A DNA stretch of 28,618 nucleotides, taken from positions 1-28,618 of IMG/VR virus record IMGVR_UViG_3300044676_001095; one strand, 5' to 3'. This DNA comes from a virus. Lineage: Duplodnaviria > Caudoviricetes. Both the position numbers and the translations under genes were made by a program. The notes under the pieces were generated by a model. It worked only from the letters and a program-made list of their open reading frames with translations. It was not told the DNA's origin and ran no database searches. The stretch's first letter is position 1; every line of letters begins with the position of its first letter. Positions 24,490 to 28,618 of this stretch are shown here, one piece after another.

Positions 24490-25386
24490 ATGGAATACGA
24501 AATACCAGACTATCGAAAAGAGTTCGGCTGTTATCACAACAGTGCATCAGGTGGCACACAATCCACCTATGAAAACCTGTTCAAGCTATACATCCGCAAA
24601 GAATACAAGATGCAGTTTCCTATGTCTGCCAAGCCACGGGCAGGGCAGATAGTGCAGGAAGGCTGTGACCATTACTTTGGATTGCACGATTACTCGCCCG
24701 TCAGAGGCCAGCAAGAGGGTTTGTCTGTTGATGAGTCTATCAGACATGCCATGACAGAGTACATGAACTACACGCCTATTAAATGGGATGGCGGCAAGGA
24801 TGCAGATACGTTTGAGGCTTGTAAGGATGTCATCCCTGAGATGATTCGGCATGCAATCGAAGGCACAGAGGAATACTTTGGTGAGAATGTCGATATGGTC
24901 GGAGAGTACCAGCGCGTATTCAAAGACGACAGGCTGGACATACCTACCATTATGTTCTTGGACTATGCTGATGACACCAGACAGATTGACCTCAAATGCA
25001 GTCTGCCAATGGCGAACCCGCCAAAGAAGGATGGCACCAGGACATGGCGTATACCAAAGCCAAAGACTGAACCTACTTGGAACCAAGTGGCGCAGCAAGC
25101 TGTGTACTGGAAAGGCACCGGCCTGAAGCCAGCCCTGCTGTTTGTTACTGGTGAGGGCTACAACCTATGCACACCTGATAACTGTGACATGCTGAGTCAA
25201 GACGCATTGGAAGATGCTTATGAGAGAATTGTGCAGCGTTGGTTGACGATTCAAAACCTAATGAAAGCAGCCAATGGAAATTGGAAGACTCTGTTTGGTA
25301 TGGTTGCACCAGACTTTGCAGAGATAGCCCAGCGGCACGGCCCCGAAATACTGGAGATTGCTAAACAAACTTGGAGGGTAGAGTGA
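24490..25386 (+). CDS. PD-(D/E)XK exonuclease (RecE/Cas4-like recombination nuclease)
   Basis: H.S.S near the N-terminus, E...FLDY...IDLK...Q.AVY motif. Start at ATG 24490 behind GGAGG. Upstream of the SSAP. Confidence 0.8.
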   Translation: MEYEIPDYRKEFGCYHNSASGGTQSTYENLFKLYIRKEYKMQFPMSAKPRAGQIVQEGCDHYFGLHDYSPVRGQQEGLSVDESIRHAMTEYMNYTPIKWDGGKDADTFEACKDVIPEMIRHAIEGTEEYFGENVDMVGEYQRVFKDDRLDIPTIMFLDYADDTRQIDLKCSLPMANPPKKDGTRTWRIPKPKTEPTWNQVAQQAVYWKGTGLKPALLFVTGEGYNLCTPDNCDMLSQDALEDAYERIVQRWLTIQNLMKAANGNWKTLFGMVAPDFAEIAQRHGPEILEIAKQTWRVE

Positions 25387-25619
25387 ACGTACCAACTTTT
25401 GAGGAGATACGCGAGGCATTGAAGGTTCCTAAGATATACGAACTTGATGTGCCAGTAATGAGTAGAATTGAAGCCAGACAAAAGGGTTGCACACGCTACT
25501 TCACAGGCACCAAGTGCAAGCACGGACACATTAGTGAGAGGAACACTTTGAGTGGTGCTTGTATCGCTTGCGACAGAGTAAACTATGAACTGAGGAGGGT
25601 AAGTAATGAAACAGAATAA
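25383..25619 (+). CDS. Stand-alone YFTGxxCKxGH zinc-finger protein
   Basis: SRIEARQKGCTRYFTGTKCKHGHISERNTLSGACIAC. GTG start overlaps the previous stop, behind GGAGGG. Confidence 0.8.
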   Translation: MNVPTFEEIREALKVPKIYELDVPVMSRIEARQKGCTRYFTGTKCKHGHISERNTLSGACIACDRVNYELRRVSNETE

Positions 25620-25971
25620 AAAAATATTAGACACAGAGTTGATGATACCAACTAAAAATGCTTTGCGGCAATACAACCTTGTCACTTTAGAAGAACTATC
25701 TGAGAAGACTAGGGATGAACTGTCTCGGATGTCTGGACTTGGCAAGAAAGGCATCACCCAGGTAGAGGAAGTGCTGTTTAACCACGGATACAGATTAAAG
25801 TGCCGTCAGTCTGCATATCATACTAAGTATAAATTTGATGAAGATAAGCTGGCAGTAATTGTGCCGCGATTGCAGCATCAATTAAAAGGCATGTTGTCTA
25901 TGCAAAAGGCTGTGTATGAATCTCTACATGCTTTGGAAGAAGCGATGGAGTCGGAGGGGGACAATGACTGA
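25606..25971 (+). CDS. RNA polymerase alpha-subunit C-terminal-domain-like protein
   Basis: DTELMIPTKNALRQYNLVTLEELSEKTRDELSRMSGLGKKGITQVEEVLFNHGYRL aligns without gaps to RpoA CTD [56 protein letters not shown]. Confidence 0.85.
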   Translation: MKQNKKILDTELMIPTKNALRQYNLVTLEELSEKTRDELSRMSGLGKKGITQVEEVLFNHGYRLKCRQSAYHTKYKFDEDKLAVIVPRLQHQLKGMLSMQKAVYESLHALEEAMESEGDND

Positions 25972-26140
25972 GGTAGAAGCGGAACACGCACAGGCGATTG
26001 ACCTGACACAAGAACGCATCAATCGTTTGGAAAAGGATATGGCACATGCAACCAAGCAAATAGAGGAATTGCATACTATGCTGGCTGCGTTTATGAAAGC
26101 GATTACGGAATATCAAGAGGAGGCTAACGACAATGACTAA
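25964..26140 (+). CDS. Small coiled-coil protein
   Basis: Start moved to ATG 25964 behind GGAGG; 58 aa with heptads. Confidence 0.75.
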   Translation: MTEVEAEHAQAIDLTQERINRLEKDMAHATKQIEELHTMLAAFMKAITEYQEEANDND

Positions 26141-26828
26141 CATTCAAGAGGCAATGGCTCTGGTCAATGAACTATACAAAGGCCACGCCATCAAACAAAA
26201 GGGCGGCAAGATGTACCTACAGGTGGTGCATCGTGTCGAGGCTTTCCGCCGCACACTAGGTGCAGAGTTTGGCATTGATACACAAATAATCGTGGATGAT
26301 GGACACCGTGTAGTGGTCAAAGCTGTTGTTACAAACAAGGATGGCATCACTGTTGGGTCTGGTATGGCTGAAGAAATCAGAGGACAAGGCCATGTCAACA
26401 CAACTTCAGCCTTGGAAAATGCTGAGACATCTGCTATAGGCAGGGCGTTAGCTAGTCTTGGCTTGTCAGGCGGTGAATACGCATCTGCTAATGAGATGGA
26501 TGCTGTACCCCGCAAGGCACATAATATCGAACAGAATCAGGCGGCGGCTGTCGAGAAAAAAGACCCTCCAAGTCAAGCGTCTCCGGCCCCGTCTGAGCCT
26601 ACCGCAGAACTTACCCAAGAAGAACTGGACAAGAAGCACGATAAGAGTGTGTACTTGGACATGCAGTCTCAACTGCGGCAGATGAAGCATGTTAATAACG
26701 TGCATACTCTGTTCGATAGAATGAAACCAAAGATACAAGAGATAAAGAAACGTAATCCAGAGGCAGCACAACACATAGTTAAGCTGTTCCTTGATGCCGA
26801 GCAAAGCCTGACAAAAGGAGAAAACTAA
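26133..26828 (+). CDS. Single-strand annealing protein (Rad52/Sak-like)
   Basis: GKMYLQV..RV..FR...G.AEE...VN.TSALENAETSAIGRALA.LG...ASA.E. Lies between the exonuclease and SSB. Confidence 0.75.
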   Translation: MTNIQEAMALVNELYKGHAIKQKGGKMYLQVVHRVEAFRRTLGAEFGIDTQIIVDDGHRVVVKAVVTNKDGITVGSGMAEEIRGQGHVNTTSALENAETSAIGRALASLGLSGGEYASANEMDAVPRKAHNIEQNQAAAVEKKDPPSQASPAPSEPTAELTQEELDKKHDKSVYLDMQSQLRQMKHVNNVHTLFDRMKPKIQEIKKRNPEAAQHIVKLFLDAEQSLTKGEN

Positions 26829-27163
26829 TGGCCTTGAAGAAACTTACAACGATTCGCTGCTTTGCGAATGACCCAGACAAGAAAGCCACACATGGCAACT
26901 CTAACTGGAAGCCATACAACGGCAAAGAACCTACTGATGTAGTTCTAAGCAAGGATGTGCGTCACAGTGTGTCTGTATTCCAGAATGATGACGGGTCTAT
27001 TGATGTTGTTATCAATGAACGCACTATGGATGACCGTTCAAGCGGCGAAAGCATAGCTGCTAACGTAAGACAAGGCGGCATGCGTAAGATTGCTGAGTCC
27101 ATTGAACAGCCAGCACAACCAAAGTCACCTATGGCGTTAGATGATGACTCAATCCCATTCTAA
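26828..27163 (+). CDS. Putative ssDNA-binding protein
   Basis: Acidic SSB-type C-terminal tip DDDSIPF. Follows the SSAP. Confidence 0.65.
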   Translation: MALKKLTTIRCFANDPDKKATHGNSNWKPYNGKEPTDVVLSKDVRHSVSVFQNDDGSIDVVINERTMDDRSSGESIAANVRQGGMRKIAESIEQPAQPKSPMALDDDSIPF

Positions 27164-27458
27164 TTTAGAGGCGGCTTTCCATGCCTTAGACCATTGCAAG
27201 GATGTACTCTTGGAACGGTCTAAGTATGGGGCTGTTGGCGATAACTTCAGGCAGATTAGTGATATGGGGTCTATGATTACAGGCCACAAGATGACTGAGA
27301 CACAGGTATGTGCGTTTATGATAGCTGTGAAACTGTCTAGGTTATCAGCCAAGGATGAGTTAGGGTTGAACTGCAATCACATAGACTCATTCGTTGACAT
27401 CATAGGCTACAGTGCCATTGCTTTAGAACTGCTAGACAATGGCAAGAAAAAAGTCTGA
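27141..27458 (+). CDS. DUF6378-like all-helical protein
   Basis: ER..YG....NF..I......V...M...KLSR.....H.DS.VDI.GY motif. Confidence 0.8.
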   Translation: MMTQSHSNLEAAFHALDHCKDVLLERSKYGAVGDNFRQISDMGSMITGHKMTETQVCAFMIAVKLSRLSAKDELGLNCNHIDSFVDIIGYSAIALELLDNGKKKV

Positions 27459-27645
27459 TACAAGAAAAATACTATGCAGCTTCTGCGACAAAGAACATTA
27501 CGTTATACACGGGGGATGGGTTGTGGCTGGCAATGGTAAAACATTTTGCCACTCATTAGAGAGAAGCTGTTTAGTAACCAAGTTAAAACAGGAGGGCAAT
27601 AATGGGAGACGTACTTCAATTTCGGAGATGTGGGGACAGGATTAG
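27439..27645 (+). CDS. ClpX zinc-binding-domain-like mini-protein
   Basis: LCSFCDKE....VVAGNGKTFCH....SC resembles ClpX LxCSFCGK....LIAGP.VYICDEC. Confidence 0.6.
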   Translation: MARKKSDTRKILCSFCDKEHYVIHGGWVVAGNGKTFCHSLERSCLVTKLKQEGNNGRRTSISEMWGQD

Positions 27646-28006
27646 CGGCAGAACAATCCAAATGCTAACAAGTCCAGCGCATTGGAAACGACACTGCCGC
27701 GAACTAGATGCACTACATATTGTTGAAATAGTCACAAAGCTAACAGGCTGCGGTATAGGCGATTTACGAAAAGAAAGCAGAAGCACAAAGAAAATCACTG
27801 AAGCTAGACAACTATTTGTTTTGCTTGCTAGGGAACACACTACATACAGCTATCCAAAGATAGGCATCGTCCTAAACCGAGACCACTCAACAATCATGTA
27901 TCTTGAAAAGAAAGATAAGTCTGATGTTGTCGAGGGTTTATTGAAAGCTGGGCATGCACTTGCTGATGAAGTAAAAGAACGGGTGTTCGGGCCGCCTGTG
28001 TTCTAG
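27602..28006 (+). CDS. Stand-alone DnaA domain IV (C-terminal HTH)-like protein
   Basis: SR..KITEARQLFVLLAREHTTYSYPKIGIVLNRDHSTIMY matches DnaA R....ARQIAMYLARELT..SLPEIG..F.RDHTTVLH. No AAA+ domain. GGAGGG RBS. Confidence 0.88.
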   Translation: MGDVLQFRRCGDRISGRTIQMLTSPAHWKRHCRELDALHIVEIVTKLTGCGIGDLRKESRSTKKITEARQLFVLLAREHTTYSYPKIGIVLNRDHSTIMYLEKKDKSDVVEGLLKAGHALADEVKERVFGPPVF

Positions 28007-28279
28007 CTACCACTTAACCTTATTAGCCCAGTAAGCGGCTGACATTTTACCTTTGGAAATATTCTTGGCATGACGCGCTTTGAAAGATTTGCGTCGTGCC
28101 TTTTGCTTTGCAGTCTTGGGTGACTTGCCAGCACCAGATACGCCCTGCTGACCGAAGCGAATAATCTTTTCCTTGCCACCAGAACACGCCTTAACCACAT
28201 GTGATTTAGTCTTGTGTCCTGGAGTGCGGCGAGGCTTATTACACTTCAGCGTTTTCTTTGATACAGGTTTTTTAGCCAT
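28007..28279 (-). CDS. Highly basic conserved phage protein (probably DNA-binding)
   Basis: KIIRFGQQG...RRKSFKARH...SAAYWA.KVKW; about 30% Lys/Arg. Confidence 0.8.
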   Translation of the reverse strand: MAKKPVSKKTLKCNKPRRTPGHKTKSHVVKACSGGKEKIIRFGQQGVSGAGKSPKTAKQKARRKSFKARHAKNISKGKMSAAYWANKVKW

Positions 28280-28618
28280 CTTTCTTCAGCCCGTGGACAT
28301 ACCCATCTGTCTTGTTGTATGTAAGCGACTCTGCGCGACCATGTTCAACGTAGCTACAATGTATCCAGCCAGTGTTGCCGCCAGTATAGCACTCAAGAAT
28401 AAGCTGGTCATAGTCTAAGTTGTCCTCAATCCATCTAGCTAGGTCATAGTTATCTATACCTGGCACTTCAAAGTCTGCCGCCTGTCCCTTGGCATGTTGG
28501 CTGTCTAAGCTACTGCCAATAGCAACGCACAACTCTGGGCTGCGGTATCCTGATGACACCATAAACGGCCCAAACTCATCACGAATCGGCTGTAATATCT
28601 TCTCACATAACGCCTCCA
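28272..28618 (-). CDS. Peptidase M15A-family endolysin (5' end outside the window)
   Basis: Frame open to the window end (..EALCEKILQPIRDEFGPFMVSSGYRS). Zn-peptidase motifs SQH-x6-D and WIH. Confidence 0.9.
   Translation of the reverse strand, partial: EALCEKILQPIRDEFGPFMVSSGYRSPELCVAIGSSLDSQHAKGQAADFEVPGIDNYDLARWIEDNLDYDQLILECYTGGNTGWIHCSYVEHGRAESLTYNKTDGYVHGLKKDG

Noticed and set aside
24586-27840. Minus-strand ORFs opposite the middle operon
   Set aside because: Fully overlap coupled, motif-bearing plus-strand genes.
1-28618. tRNA/rRNA genes or genetic-code reassignment
   Set aside because: No cloverleaf or T-loop signatures noticed in the intergenic gaps, and genes are full length under code 11.

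Overview
The window is most of a ~45% GC dsDNA podophage genome, probably marine and infecting an alphaproteobacterium (inferred from promoter style and gene families). Positions 1-19.1 kb (minus strand) carry a BPP-1/T7-like virion and packaging operon: TerS, TerL, a HlyC-type acyltransferase, two small gp6.7/gp7.3-like proteins, portal, scaffold, major capsid, decoration protein, tail tubular A/B, a GNAT, three ejection proteins (the largest with an LPD38-like C-terminus) and tail fibres. Positions 19.4-22.2 kb (+) are an early region of small genes, several preceded by one repeated leader motif. Next come an AT-rich palindrome/iteron cluster (candidate origin) and an HNH gene. A divergent switch at ~24.44 kb drives Cro/DnaJ-Zn/MTase/resolvase leftward and exonuclease/alphaCTD-like/SSAP/SSB/DUF6378/ClpX-Zn/DnaA-domain-IV rightward. 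The right end returns to late genes (basic protein, M15 peptidase endolysin). I recognised no integrase, DNA polymerase, primase, helicase or RNA polymerase. The most notable points are (i) an RTX-toxin-activating acyltransferase with no toxin, placed among virion genes next to Lys-rich candidate substrates, (ii) several stand-alone copies of host regulatory domains, (iii) a replisome-free genome with a candidate origin, (iv) repeated early leaders and structured intergenic RNAs, and (v) apparent absence of GATC. All family assignments come from motif recognition by eye, not from database searches.
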